64,000 bases of DNA. Origin: the human T2T-CHM13v2.0 reference genome, Homo sapiens. The notes beneath the pieces were generated by a model. That model did not search any database. It worked only from the letters and a program-made list of their open reading frames with translations, and was not told the origin of the DNA. Below, piece by piece: positions 28,021-42,605 of this stretch. The DNA lies in NCBI RefSeq assembly GCF_009914755.1, contig NC_060934.1; one strand, written 5' to 3'. Position 1 is the stretch's first letter. Each line of letters opens with the position of its first letter. A program made the translations under genes and the position numbers.

Positions 28021-31000
28021 AGGGTCATTTTTATAAAATTAAATTAAATTAAAAAAAGAAGAAGAAGATAGGTAAAGGTCTACAATTCACCTCTTAAAAC
28101 TTAGTGTCTCTTCTCAGGCCTGACACTAATGCTTCTTTCTCTAAGAGCCCGGGTGAGTTCAGGACCATGAATATCTGTCTTTCCTGAAGCACAGATGTTA
28201 GTTCCGCTGGATTGCTGCAGAATGCCAGCCTGATATTCCACTGATGGTATTTTAACCAGCCTAAAGGATAGCTTTAAAAAGCACTAATGAGTAGCCTATG
28301 GGGCTTTCTACATTAAGTGAAGTTTCTCTTGCTAGTGAGTATAGACACTGTTTGTGTAATTACCTTGTGTTTGAGCAATTTCTCTTCTGTATTTAGGTCT
28401 TAGTGGCTAAATTCCTTGTCTCTTACCAACATTTACAACCGGTCTCAATAAAGTAGGAAGAGTCATTGTTCTTTACTTTTTTCTCTTTCTCCCCTCTTCG
28501 GGAGCATGCAAATAGCCACCATCCTGTCCTTCCTATAGGCCTGGAAAACAACAAAGGGGTCCAGCTTTTTCAGTGGGAGAGTAGAGTTTGAGAAAGAAGC
28601 TGAAGTAATGTCATCTAAAACACTGACAAATCAGGGCAACCAGTGATTCAAACCAAACAGGGCTAGAGATTAACACCCAAGAGAAAAAAGAAACTGATCA
28701 AAATATTCATTCAAGTCATCAGGATTAGAGCTGCCAGAAATGGCCCAGCCATGGAGTTACAGGAACAAGATTGATGGGTTGTAAACACTGGCAGGCTCCA
28801 TCGGGGCACCAGGAAATGGACACGGAAGGGCCACACACAAGAAGGAACCAGAGTTCGAGATTTAAGTTCCTAAGACCACGTGGGGAAGACAGCACTGGGC
28901 CATGTCGTCTTCTCTGAAAAGTCTGTGTTCTTGCCTTTCCTGTGGCCAGGCCACTGACCCGCTGGTGCCCCTTCATGACAAAATTCTGTAAGTCAACAGC
29001 TTTATCACTTGCTTCAACAGTAGCCTCCACTCCCCAGACACCCACTGCTACCAGCATGCATGCAAGATGGCAGGAAAGCGTTTGTTTGATGACCAAATCT
29101 TTTATGTCCTATTAAATTCCCATTTGCATTTTTTAGCAATTCCTCTTTGTAATTCAATGTATTGATCAAAACAGTGGTTTCTGTCTGTTGAGAGAAATGG
29201 AACTATGCATCTAGCTTCTGTTTGTTTCTGTGTCTTAATGTTTTGTACTTTTGCATTATTCATGCACCTAGAGGCTCTGCATGATGGCTACATTTTTATA
29301 AATCCCCCAAATAAATAAGTAATGCCCTATTTAGAAAAGCTACTTTGTTTTACCTAGGACTTTGGCTGTGGGTGTCTGATAAGTCACATCTAGCAACTCA
29401 AGCCAATGGACAGCAATTGCAGGATCTCTTGTCATGCTTCAAATATTAAAAATAAAATTCAGAGCCACCCCATGTGTGTATAAGTTTTGTGCAACATTTC
29501 TGCTGAGGTTTCCTTTTTAGCTTCTTTTAATGCATCTCACTCATAAATTCTAGATAGCATACAGATGATTGAATGATAAATGACCTTTGGAAGGCTCTTA
29601 AAAAAAAATAAAGACTTTTTTTACAAGTGTTTTTCCTGTGACACATGAGGTTCATAGATGCTACAAGGAGATTTTGGGGAGGGTTGATTTGGTTTGGTAA
29701 ACTAAGGTGGAAAAGAAAGATAATTTTCCTGATTATGTTTGTCCTGAGCTTCTGTCACTGGTAAAAGGAAATGAGAACTCGAATTTCCCATTGATGTAAT
29801 CTGCATTCATCTAATTTTTTGGAAACTTGCTCAGCTCTCCACTAACCGAGATACACACAAGTGTGTCCTCAGATTCCACCAAATCTCGGCCTCCCATGGC
29901 AGTATCTCCCTGAAAGACACTGAATGGAACCCCAGTACTATCACATGTGTGAACTGCAATGCAATAAAACTCATTTGAAGGATTCACGCAATGTGAAGAT
30001 AGTTCCCTTCTTGGCAGTCTATCTCATGTGTGTTAATTGCAAGGGCAGCTCTCCATGACAACTTGCTGAGCAAGTACAGGACTGTGCAGCCAATTCTGCA
30101 GTTTTTCCTTAACTTGACAACATTAGGAAGACCTCGGGTCTCCGGATTTTTCCACTCCTCTCCTCCAGAATGCTTCACTTTATAAAGCACATTTTATGCA
30201 CATTCCCCTCATCTCTCTCTTTTGTGGTGAAAAGCATTAAACTTTCCCTTAGTTTCACTTTGGCTTAAGATCAATATTTCGACTAAATTCATATCTTTGA
30301 TATATAGCATTTCACTGGGAGAGTATAAGAAGCCATATATTATTTTGCTCTTGAGAAAAATGGGAATCTGATCTGGAGATTACCTGCTAAGCGGTTGTGA
30401 GGATTTATTTGAATTCCCCTAAGAACCTGTTAGTGTATAATTTGTTGCACAGGATTTATGGCCCTCCCAGGAGATTTCATTCACCGCGTGAGAACATTTC
30501 CCTGACATGTCAAAGATGCGTCACTGTGGCTGCGATTTTTGCATAATCACAACGGGCTGCCTTGGCTCTTCTTGTGAAAATTTGGCTACTTGGCAAAGAC
30601 CTGTCTCAGAGGTGTGCCCGCATGAGACCGATAGGGCACTTTCTTGCTGAGGAGCCCATGTCCATATTTAAATTCATCATATTTTAGAATATAGCCCAGG
30701 TTGGCCCTAATAGTCTCTGTTTTCTCAAATCTCCAAAGTGAATATTTGTCATAACAGAAAGGTCTCTGGGCTTTACTGATCTAAATATAGTGTAGCATAT
30801 CCAATGTCAGCAAATAAGTATCATTCAGAATATATTATTTAAAACAGAATCAGGATTCACATTTTTCAAGCATATGTTCTAAGTTAAAAAATAAATAAAA
30901 CTCTTGAGAGTGGTATAGTTTTGTTTTGTTTCCTCCACACACATTAAGAGTGGCCCAGGTCTTCCAGAAACATGGTCTGTGTGCTTCAGTCTAAATTACA

Positions 31001-31498
31001 GTCAAACCTCATTAATTCAGAGAAGAGGTCTTGTAACCCATAATTATGAGGACAGGAGCTGAGCTAAAATTTGACCTTTATCCCTGCCATCAGATTACTA
31101 AAAAAACACATTTTTAACAATATCCCAGGGGCAATGTCTAGGTACTCAAGGTCAACTGCTTTCCAGCAGTTTGGAAGCGCCTCAACAATGAGAAACAAAA
31201 GCACTACAATAATAATTTTTTAAAAAATGTAAAAAGGACATTTAAAAAGCACCAACTCTGATTATGATGAATTATATTTACACATCAAAGCATGGAGTGT
31301 TAGATCTAAGGAAACGTTAAGAAATTTAGTCTGACCAATTTCACTAAAGCTGCGAAAATTATTTTTTGTCATGTTTTCAGTTACACTCCAGCATTTCCAA
31401 CATGCGGCATAAAAAAAGTTACAATTCTCCCTCAGCTTCTAAGTACCTTAAATTTAATTGTAAATTGAAAGTAGTTTTGTTTTGTTTTGTTTTGTTTT

Positions 31499-32170
31499 GT
31501 CAGAAAACAACAGATGCTAGTGAGGTTGTGGAGAAACAGGAACACTTATACACTGTTGGTGGGAGTGTAAATTAGCTCAACCATTGTGGGAGACAGTGCG
31601 GCGATTTCTCAAAGACCTAGAGTCAGAAATACCATTCGTCCCAGCAGTCCCACTGCTAGGTATATACCCAAAGGAACATTAATCATTCTATTATAGAGAT
31701 ACATGCATGCGTATGTTCATTGCAGCACTATTCACAATAGCAAAGATGTGAAATCAACCCAAATGCCCATCAAAGATAGACTGGATAAAGAAAATGTGGC
31801 ACATATACACCATGGAATACTATGCAGCCATAAAAAGGAATGAGATCACCTCCTTTGTGGGGACATGGATGAAGCTGGAAACCATCATTCTCAGCAAACT
31901 AACACAGGAACAGAAAACCAAACACTGCATGTTCTCATTCACAAGTGGGAGCTGAACAGTGAGAGCACATGGGCACAGAAAGGGGAACAACGCACACTGG
32001 GACCTGTCAGGGGAGGGGCCAGGGGAGGGAGAGCTAACACATACTGGGCTTAATACCAAGGTGATGGGATGATCCATGCAGCAAACCACCATGGCACACG
32101 TTTACCTATGAAACAAACCTGCACATCTCCACATGTACCCCAGAACTTAAAAGAAAAGTTAAAGGAAAAC
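31499..32170 (+). mobile_element. 5'-truncated L1PA (PA10-PA13-like) 3' end
   Basis: AACAACAGATGCT...CACTGTTGGTGGGAGTGTAAATTAG...ACCATGGAATACTATGCAGCCATAAAAAGGAATGAG...AACCTGCACATC...AACTTAAAA. Confidence 0.93.
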
Positions 32171-32532
32171 AAAGAAAGTATTTTTAAAAATTAACTATTT
32201 AACCTTTATTAGAGCCCTGTGGATTTTTTTAACATGGAATTGGAATCACAGATTACTTCCCGTGTCCGTCCATGCTGTAACCATAAGGTATAGTTCTTTC
32301 TAAGTAGATGATTCAAAGCCCTCATTCACAGTGGCTTCTTGGGATTGCTTCTCGGGATTGCTTCTCTTTGCAGGTTTTCAGGCAGGGTCCATGCTGCCCT
32401 CTCTCCTGTCTTCCCATTTTCCCTGAGAGAGAGGAGCAAATCTGATAGGGAGGGTTGTGGAGGGGGGATTCAGGGGAGGAACTGAGTTTCTTCAGCTAAA
32501 CCCAGCTCCTGGGCATGCCTTGGTTCTTCTCA

Positions 32533-32952
<420 letters not shown>

Positions 32953-33640
32953 AAAATTGAGGTAATGCTCCAGATGTCCGCTGTGCTACAGATCTAAGCC
33001 AAGGGCCTCATCCAGACTCTTAAAGCTATAACACTATTGATTCTCTCCTGTCAGGCCTCTGCCTTACTTCCAAATTCATTGTGCACTTGAGTGGAAGAAA
33101 GCTGTGTCATTTATTGGCCCTCAAACACCAGCGTCATGCGAGAGGCCTCAGAAACCTTGCAGAAACTAGGCAGCAGACTGCAGCAGCCAATTGCAGGGAC
33201 AAGCAGAGGTCCTGAGTAACTTCTCAGCAGCTGAGGCCTTGTCAAGGGCTGACCATAGCCTGGGCCAGTTGCATCCAGCTTTTTCCTAGGCAGAAAGACC
33301 TGAGATAAGAAGCAGACAGCAGTGAGAGAGAAGAGCTTAGTTCTGCTCAAGGCTCTTCTTACAACTGAGAAGCTCAGGTGCAGCCTCAGGCATCGGTAAA
33401 TAAAGTAACTGTTTGCTGCCTTTACTCTTTCTGGAGCAGGTCTTCAGGATTGTGCAATAAAGTGAAAATGCAGCTGAATGCTGCATGAGCAACATAGCTG
33501 GGGTGAATCTGCTGTAATTTCTGGTCCAAATGGGATACTTTCAGAATAAGAGAGGCTGGTGTTAAAAAGCATGCTGGCAAGAACATCTGTGCACACTGTC
33601 CTAAGCAAGCTGGGACTCAGGGGCACCCTAGGAGCATCTG

Positions 33641-33721
33641 TTAGGTGGGTGCAAAAGGAACTGTGGTTTTTTTCCGTTACTTTCAATGGCAAAAACCGCA
33701 CTTCCTCCTGCACCAACCTAA
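33641..33721. mobile_element. MADE1 (Hsmar1-derived ~80-bp palindromic MITE)
   Basis: TTAGGTGGGTGCAAAAGG...TTTCAATGGCAAAAACCGCAC...TGCACCAACCTAA shows two inverted termini matching the MADE1 consensus. Confidence 0.93.
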
Positions 33722-35378
33722 AAACACTGAGGTCGCTGGTTCCAGGATGACATTAGCAATGCCAGGATCGGCTGCCCAGATGCCTGTTCTGTTAAACTAC
33801 AGGGAACTGCTGCATTCAAGGACGAGGGAGATGAGCTTGTGCCCGCTGAAGTCTGTAGCCAGCTTTAGGTTGATTACACCAGTGCTGGTCATGGTTGTAG
33901 ATTTCAGTAATCCAGATTGTGGTTTACGTTAGAAAACGGTAGTGAATTTTGTGACCAAACATATAGAAAGCAATGGGTCCCTTATCACGCTGGGAAAATG
34001 CCATCAACTTCAGGTGGGGTAATGAAAATATTTGATGAAGACATTAAAACACCCGAAAGTTAAGAAACCAGCTGGACAGACCTGGGCCTGAAACACTGTT
34101 GTTAGGGTCTCAGATGGAGCAACTGGGTAGGTTGATGAATATCCTTTGGCCTTTTCAAAGGAAGAAGAGCGAAAAATTGGGACAGTGGAGAACAGAGGTG
34201 ACAGCTGCACTTGGAACCTTGTTTGCTGCAAGTACGTGTGCCCATCTGAGTGTAGCCTGCCTCATTCTATGGGTAGAGACACCCTGAATAAGGATCAAAA
34301 GCCAGAGGGGAGTGACAATAACCCCTTATTAGCAAGATTTTCGTGTGTCTGATGGACAAGCAGGACAGAGAGTCCTCGAAGTGGAGGCCACAGAGCAATG
34401 TCTCAGAGGCCGATCTTGGCAAGAGGAGATCATCTGCGTGGATGATCCTCCCTTTCTGGCTTGACAAGCAGCCTGGTCTCTCCCAGCTGAGTTTAGTTCC
34501 ACAGAGCCCTCCGACGTCCGGCTTAGAATGACTGACATGCTCTTGAGGCTGAACCCGAGAGAGTTCTCTCTGACTTTCTCTCCTCCCTCAGGGACCTCGG
34601 AGCCTCTGCGGGAACAACATGGGCATGAACTGTGTTGAGAACTGGCTCCTGGGAACAAGGTTCCACGTGCGCCCCAGAGCTGAGGATGGGGCTCTTTTTT
34701 CCTTAATTAAGTGGATATACAGTCAATACTGTGATAATCCGGTGTTTCTTACTCACTGGTTGAGCACAGTATCTGGGGTCCTAAGAAACCAATTCCAGTG
34801 GGAGACAACCTGGCTGAACAAAGACCAGCTTCATCCAGATTTTGGAAGGAGATGCGTCTAACACAGTCGAAGAAACAAGAGTTAAGAATATCTTGGGATA
34901 CTGACTCTCAAGGTTAAGAAAATGTTATTTTCCTTTGATTTTAAGTCAACTTAAAAATAAACTTCGACTTTTCTTTCTCAAAATATTTCTGGTTAAAGAA
35001 GTTTCTCTGTGTTATTAAGATTTTTTTGCTCCAAACAGAAATACCCTTTGTCAGCCCAAAACGCAAAAGAGAATCCATGCATAAGAAGGTTGGGAACCCA
35101 GGAGCTGTCTTCAGCTCGTGTCTACGCACCTGCTTCTCACTTTCCCTCTCTTGCGGGCTGCTCTCTTTGCTTCCTAAGTCATGAGACTGAAAACGACCCT
35201 CACTGTCTCCCGTGAGGGAGTGGCGGACCAAACCTGCAACCTCCTAGATGCAGCCCACATCCCAGGAGGGGCAAAGATGGCACCAGCTCAGGCCAAGGTG
35301 GCTCCTGCAGCCACCGACATGTCTTACTTTGTTGCTTCCTTACACTAAAAAATGAAAAGATCTTGATGTGCTTTAGAG

Positions 35379-35588
35379 CAAGGTTTCTCAGCCTCGCCAC
35401 TGCTAATGGCACTGGAGGCCGGATGACTCTGTGGGGTGCTGTCCTGTGCACTGTAGGACTCTCAGCAGCTTCCTGGCCTCCATCCACCTGGTGCCAGTAA
35501 CGCTCTTCAGTTGTAAGTACCAAAAATGCCAACAGATGTCACCAAATGTCCCCAGAGGGGCAGCCTCTCCCTCAGTTGAGAACTGCTG
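35379..35588 (-). mobile_element. MER20 (hAT-Charlie) DNA transposon
   Basis: GGTTTCTCAGCCTCG...GCTGTCCTGTGCACTGTAGGA...CCAAATGTCCCC...GTTGAGAACTGCTG, with 8-bp TSD-like flanks CTTTAGAG / CTCTAGGG. Confidence 0.9.
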
Positions 35589-35844
35589 CTCTAGGGTCAG
35601 AGACACCTGGGTTAACACTATGTCCCCTGACATCCTTCTGACTTTGGATAAATTAGTTCATCGCTTTGTGCCTCACTTCATCTGTAAGCTAAATCTAATA
35701 ATAAATAATAGTAGCACTTAACTAATAGGGAAAACATGGATTTCATGAAGCAATGTAGACAAAAGCTTTAACATAACAACGTGTGATAAACATTCCAAGG
35801 TTATGGCTATTGTTTACAAAATAAATCCAAAGCATGTGTTTGTG

Positions 35845-36608
35845 TATACACGCAAACATCACATACATACACACATATATACACACATACATATACACGC
35901 ATATACACACACATATACACTTGCACACACAAGCACACACACATATACATGTGCACACATCTCACACACACAAGCACATACATACACACACACATGCACA
36001 TACTTATACACATGCACACACAAGCACACACACACACATATGCGTGCACACACATCACACACAAGGGGCAGCCCAAAGCTGCAGACACACATACACATGC
36101 AGCGACACACATACATACACACGCACACACACCACACACAAGCGCACACACATATACACGCACACACATATACACACACATACACTTGCACACACAAGCA
36201 CACACATATACATGTGCACACATCTCACACACACAAGCACATACATACACACACACATGCACATACTTATACACATGCACACACAAGCACACACATACAC
36301 ACACACATATGCGTGCACACACATCACACACAAGGGGCAGCCCAAAGCTGCAGACACACATACTCATGCAGCGACACACGTACATACACACGCACACACA
36401 CCACACACAAGCACACACACATATACACGCACACACATATACACAAACGTATACACGTGCACACACAAGCACACATACACACATACATATACACACAAGC
36501 TCACACAAACACACATGCACATACAAGCATACATCACATACATACATATACACACACAAGCGCACGCACACATGCAACATGCACACACACAAACACACAT
36601 GCACACAC
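35845..36608 (+). repeat. CA-rich low-complexity tract containing a ~265-269 bp tandem duplication
   Basis: The unique island AAGGGGCAGCCCAAAGCTGCAG occurs at 36063 and 36332. TTGCACACACAAG occurs at 35921 and 36186. Confidence 0.95.
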
Positions 36609-36814
36609 AGCAATGCTTGTGCTGCAACCAAAGGGTGAGGCAGATGGGTGAGAAGAGAGTTTCTAGACCACACTGAGGCAATGCAAAGGGCGCTGGAATT
36701 CAGTATCAGGGGCTCACTATTTATCCCTCAAGGTGGATCAGATGTAACCAGGCTGGAGCTCATTGTAGACCACCATGTAGTTAATGTATATGTGGTTCAA
36801 ATACTCTTGCCTGA

Positions 36815-37123
<309 letters not shown>

Positions 37124-37699
37124 GACAGTGATATTTCTGACTTCCCCTAGTGTTACGACAGCCGTATGGGCAGGCCGACCATCCTGCCCACCGCCCCTGA
37201 GAATTCCTGTGTTCTGTGTGGTTGCCATGTACACAGCATCCTTTATGGTACTTTGCTTTTCCGGGACTAATCAATGTCCTGTGAATGCGACATACTAAAT
37301 GATTATAAAGCGCTGAGAAGCGGAAAAGAAGGGCTCCCTAACTCTGCCTCCAGAATGTTAGAGTAGCTTTCCATTTCCCTAGAAAGGAAAATTATGGCCC
37401 TAAACCAACGGCAACAGAAGCTGCACAGAGGGCCCCGTAGATGAAGGGCAGACTCCCCATCTGAATAAAGACCCGCATGGCCATTCAGAGCCTCAGAGAG
37501 GACTCAGATGAGAACAGCACCACCGTACGTGGTCACCAAGCCGCAAAAGCCAGGCGTAAGCGAACAGCTTCCAGCGTCTTAATCAGAGAAAATGAGCAAC
37601 AAAGTTTCCCCGACACATTTGATGCATACGTAATTGTCACCGTGCTGCATGCTAATTAAGCATCATTCCTACGTCGTTTTCCAAATGACTATGATTGGA

Positions 37700-38195
37700 A
37701 CGATGGTTGCACAGCCACCGGCAGCGTTCAGGGGAGCAGAGCAGGGCGGCGGGAGATGCGGCGGAAGGGGAAACTCCTCCGGAGCCCCCTCCCACAGGGA
37801 GCTGGTGGCCCACGAACCCGGGAGGCAGCCTCACGGGCAGCGTCTCCTCCAGTGAACCCTCATGGCCTGGAGTCCGGAGGGCCACCTGCCCGGCGCTCTG
37901 GCTGAAAAAGGTGGCTGCTGCCTTTGGTTTCCTCCGCCCGCTGTCTCCTCTAGCATGGAGGGATTGCTCCAGGCTTCTCTTCTCAGCCAGGTGGCTCTGA
38001 ACGGGCGAGGGTCCCCCACAGCAGCACGGAGGGCATTCTGGCACTGGGTCTCACCTCGCCCGCCTCCCGGCAGCCAGAGCGCTGCCGTCTGGGAATCAGG
38101 ACACACACTCGAAGAACCGGAGTCCCCTGACAGCGGATCCAGGGCCTGCCGAGATCCAGGGCCTTCCTGCAGGGGACTGATTGCAGACCGCGATT
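37700..38195. promoter_or_regulatory. Non-repeat GC/CpG-rich patch (borderline CpG island)
   Basis: About 31 CpGs in about 495 bp by hand count, a GGGCGG box, and no recognisable repeat. Confidence 0.45.
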
Positions 38196-38208
38196 GAAAT
38201 CCCAAGGA

Positions 38209-38409
38209 AGGGGAATATCACACTCTGGGAACTGTGGTGGGGTGGGGGGAGGGGGGAGGGATAGCATTGGGAGATATACCTAATGCTAGATGACGAGTTA
38301 GTGGGTGCAGCGCACCAGCATGGCACATGTATACGTATGTAACTAACCTGCACAATGTGCACATGTACCCTAAAACTTAAAGTATAATAATAATTAAAAA
38401 AAAAAAAAA
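38209..38409 (+). mobile_element. Young ~200-bp 5'-truncated L1 (L1PA2-type) with perfect 13-bp TSD
   Basis: TGGGAGATATACCTAATGCTAGATGACGAGTTAGTGGGTGCAGCGCACC (GAG, not the Ta ACA), CACAATGTGCAC and a poly(A). TSD GAAATCCCAAGGA at 38196-38208 and 38410-38422. Confidence 0.97.
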
Positions 38410-39751
38410 GAAATCCCAAGGAGCAGGGGCAGCAACGCCAGGACACTGGAAGAGTGGGCAGGGTGGCCAGGCAGAGTCCACGAGAGCTCCGGTAACCCCA
38501 GCAGCGGTGCCATTTACTCAGCTCTTTGAGTTTTCCAGACTCTGGACTAGGCAAATACTGGATTTCATTTCCTTCTCATAACAAAGAAGGACACCGAGTC
38601 TTAAAGAAATCCCCACACCTCACAGTAGTGAGACGAGGGGCCCAGGCAAACTCAGCCTGTTTAAGAAGAAGAAAACAAAAAATGTGGCTTTTACTAAAGA
38701 AAAGCAGTTTTGTCTTCTGAACTGAGCTGCGTGGAAATCGGGATCAGTGGCACACTGCTGCCACGTGAAGGGTCCCATGGGCTCTGGCTGCTAAGCCAGG
38801 ACACAGAGCAGACCTCCGCCTAGGGACTCACTTTTAATTTTATGGTTTTGTGATTGTGTCAGATAAGATAAGCCTTTCCGAAGTGAGCTGAGCCCAGAGA
38901 GGCATTTCATTTCCTCATCACCAGGGCCCTAGAAAAGCCTGGGGGAGAAATCAGACATCCCCCACTGCGTGTGCATGTGTGTCTGTGCATTCGTGTGTGT
39001 GCACATGTGTGTGTGCACCTGTGTGTTCACAAAGTGGTCTTATACAGAGAATATACAAGATTTTCAGAAGGGGAAGATCATTGTGAATGTGCTTTGAAGG
39101 TGGTTAAAAGCCAGTGGTCTGAACTGGGAAATGAGAAGAGTGAGGGAACAGCCCTTTTTGTCATAGAGGGTGGTCAGGACCCTCACCCTCCTCCGAAGGC
39201 GGGAGTCAAAGCAAGAGGTTGGCAGGACACCCCCAGGCCTGCTGCCCCTCACAATGTCATGGCTCTGTGGTCTAAACGGCACTCTCGCAGGCAGCCACCC
39301 TCAGACACGTTAATCATGGGTGGCCGGTGTCTCTCGCTGGGTCTGAAGAACATTGAGACTTTTCACAAAAGGAGGTGGAAACCAGATTCAGATCTTGAAC
39401 TGACTCACACAATCATACTTCAAAGCTGGAGTTTGAGAGCCTGCTTTAACTAAAAATTTTAAAAACACAAAGTATATTAATTCAAAATCTGGACATCTCC
39501 TACCATGTTTAGTTTACATTCTCATTTCGTTGGAACCCACATTAAAACGAATTAACCAGTGAACTGCATACCATCCGGGTGATTTTAGTAAAATAGTAGG
39601 GTAATCAGCCAGATCTCCTGGGCATAATCTTGAATACACCTTAAGGATGTCAATTATATTTCTGATACCGTATTTCACCACTTAGATCTTAGTTTCATTT
39701 CACAGGACTCTTTTCCCCCAATGTCTCCTCTCTAAATTGGCTTTCAATACA

Positions 39752-40030
<279 letters not shown>

Positions 40031-40458
40031 ATAATAATAAACATATAATAATAAACAAGCAATAATAAAGTAAAAATGAAAAGAGCGACACCTCCTTTGA
40101 GTAATGCTAAGTGTTCAATATTATGCAATGGGTCATTATTTTTAAAGTGACTCTATCATTTTATTAACATCAAGAAATGCTAATAATAATACTTTAAATA
40201 ATATTTCTTATATCCTCACTTTTAAACATATTTATAGTTTGGTAAGACAACAATCAATTCTAGTTTAGCCTACCTAATGTGTCATTAGTCACAGTATTTT
40301 ATACCTCACACATAACTTCTCTGTTAGCATGAAGAAAACTACTTATTTTCTTTGAAGCATTGTTTCTTCCAAATATGTTTTTCTCAAAAAAAAAACCTTC
40401 TTTAGAACTTTCAAGATGGAATGCTGATAAGCATATTGACTCAAAAAATAAATAAATA

Positions 40459-40890
<432 letters not shown>

Positions 40891-41223
40891 TCATGAAATC
40901 TGTGATTCATGGAGGAGATTGCAAAATACACTGCATTATAGAGAAAGTGACAGAATGAGGCAATACTCTGGAATTGACAAATAAAGAAAAGCACAAATGT
41001 AAGATGAATTTAATATCTTGAAATGAGAAGATCTTGGTGCCAAGAACACCATCGGGCCGCCTGGCACGACTGAGGAAGTGTGAGATCACAGCAGGGTCAT
41101 GGCACAAAGCGTTCGGCTTAAGGTTGAAGATTCAGAAATCAAATTCGGTGAGAACTCACCAGGATACAGCTGTCAAAACCATCCTTGGAGGTGCCAGTTG
41201 ATTCCTTCAAAATAAATTCATTC

Positions 41224-41543
<320 letters not shown>

Positions 41544-42161
41544 AGATAGATTTGTTCTCAGTCTAAAGACAATTCTGAGCGGCCCAGAGATGACCCACTT
41601 GAGAACACACTCTGTTGTAGGTGTGAAAGAGAAAGAGGAGAGAAAAGCAGAGAGACAGAGAAAGGTGAAAAGAGGGGAAAAGGAGATAAAGAAAAGTCAA
41701 ATGTCAGCAAACCGAGAAAGGTTTGGTTCACTGCATGTAGCATCAGACCCGTGGGGGGACCAGGAACAAGCATTGGGTTCCCGAAGGGCGATGGGCATCC
41801 ACGGCTCATCTTTAAGTGAAGAGTGCGCTGGCGGGACTGTGAGGCTTGAATGAGGTGTGACACGCAGCTCTAAGCACGGCACGCAGTAGTCTCCGCTCAC
41901 TGCGGGTCTGTCATCAAAAACACTATCTCCATCCTGGGAGGCAGGAACTCCGACCGCCGAGGTCTTCGTTAGACAAATCTTCCTGAATTTTTCAGCTTTT
42001 CTTTTTTTTTGGCTGCATAATTGTTCTAACGCATTTGGTTGCTTTCTTGTGCTGCTGCTTCTGGGACTTCTCTAGGCTAATTCATTGCACCCTAAATAAC
42101 TCCACTCATGATCAATAATTGCTATGAACCTATATTTTCATCATAGTTGTATGTATATAAT

Positions 42162-42605
42162 TGTGAAAGTTGTAAAATCAAGATGGAGTCACTAATGTTA
42201 AGAAAACCCTGACAAACGGAGTCTGCGAAGGCCATGAAGACAGCGTTCTCATGCTTGTGTGCCTGATAACCAAAAAGACTCTACAAAAAAACACAACTTT
42301 ACACAAAGCCTATCCATGGAAACCTTACACAAAAAATACTTCTGCAAGGACATCTGCCCAGCAATTGCCTGTCCAAATTCGGGCTGGCGTCACCTCTGGT
42401 AGTAATCTTTGTAGCCAAGATTAATTATCTCAAAATAATTATGAAATCCTCATTTTTTTCTCTGTAAAAATCTTTTTCTTCTTTTACTTTCCTGAATAAG
42501 CACATAGGTTACTATGGTGTACGGATTCTCATGGCAATGCCCTATTCCCAAATAAATATCATTTTATTTTAGACAGCCTCCTTCTGTTTGTTATTTAGGT
42601 TGATA
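42162..42605 (+). mobile_element. ERV1-class solo LTR (MER4-group; exact family uncertain) with 4-bp TSD
   Basis: Starts TGTGAAAGTTG...AAGATGGAGTCAC, contains AATAAA and ends TTTAGGTTGATA. It is flanked by TAAT (42158-42161) and TAAT (42606-42609). Confidence 0.85.

Noticed and set aside
27792-28028. ORF resembling the L1 ORF2p C-terminus
   Set aside because: Part of a 5'-truncated L1PA, not a gene.
35803-36681. His/Thr- and Cys/Val-rich ORFs up to 288 aa
   Set aside because: Translation of CA/TG low-complexity DNA.
37167-37190. 8-bp stem hairpin TGGGCAGG/CCTGCCCA
   Set aside because: Short enough to occur by chance in 64 kb, with no RNA-gene features.
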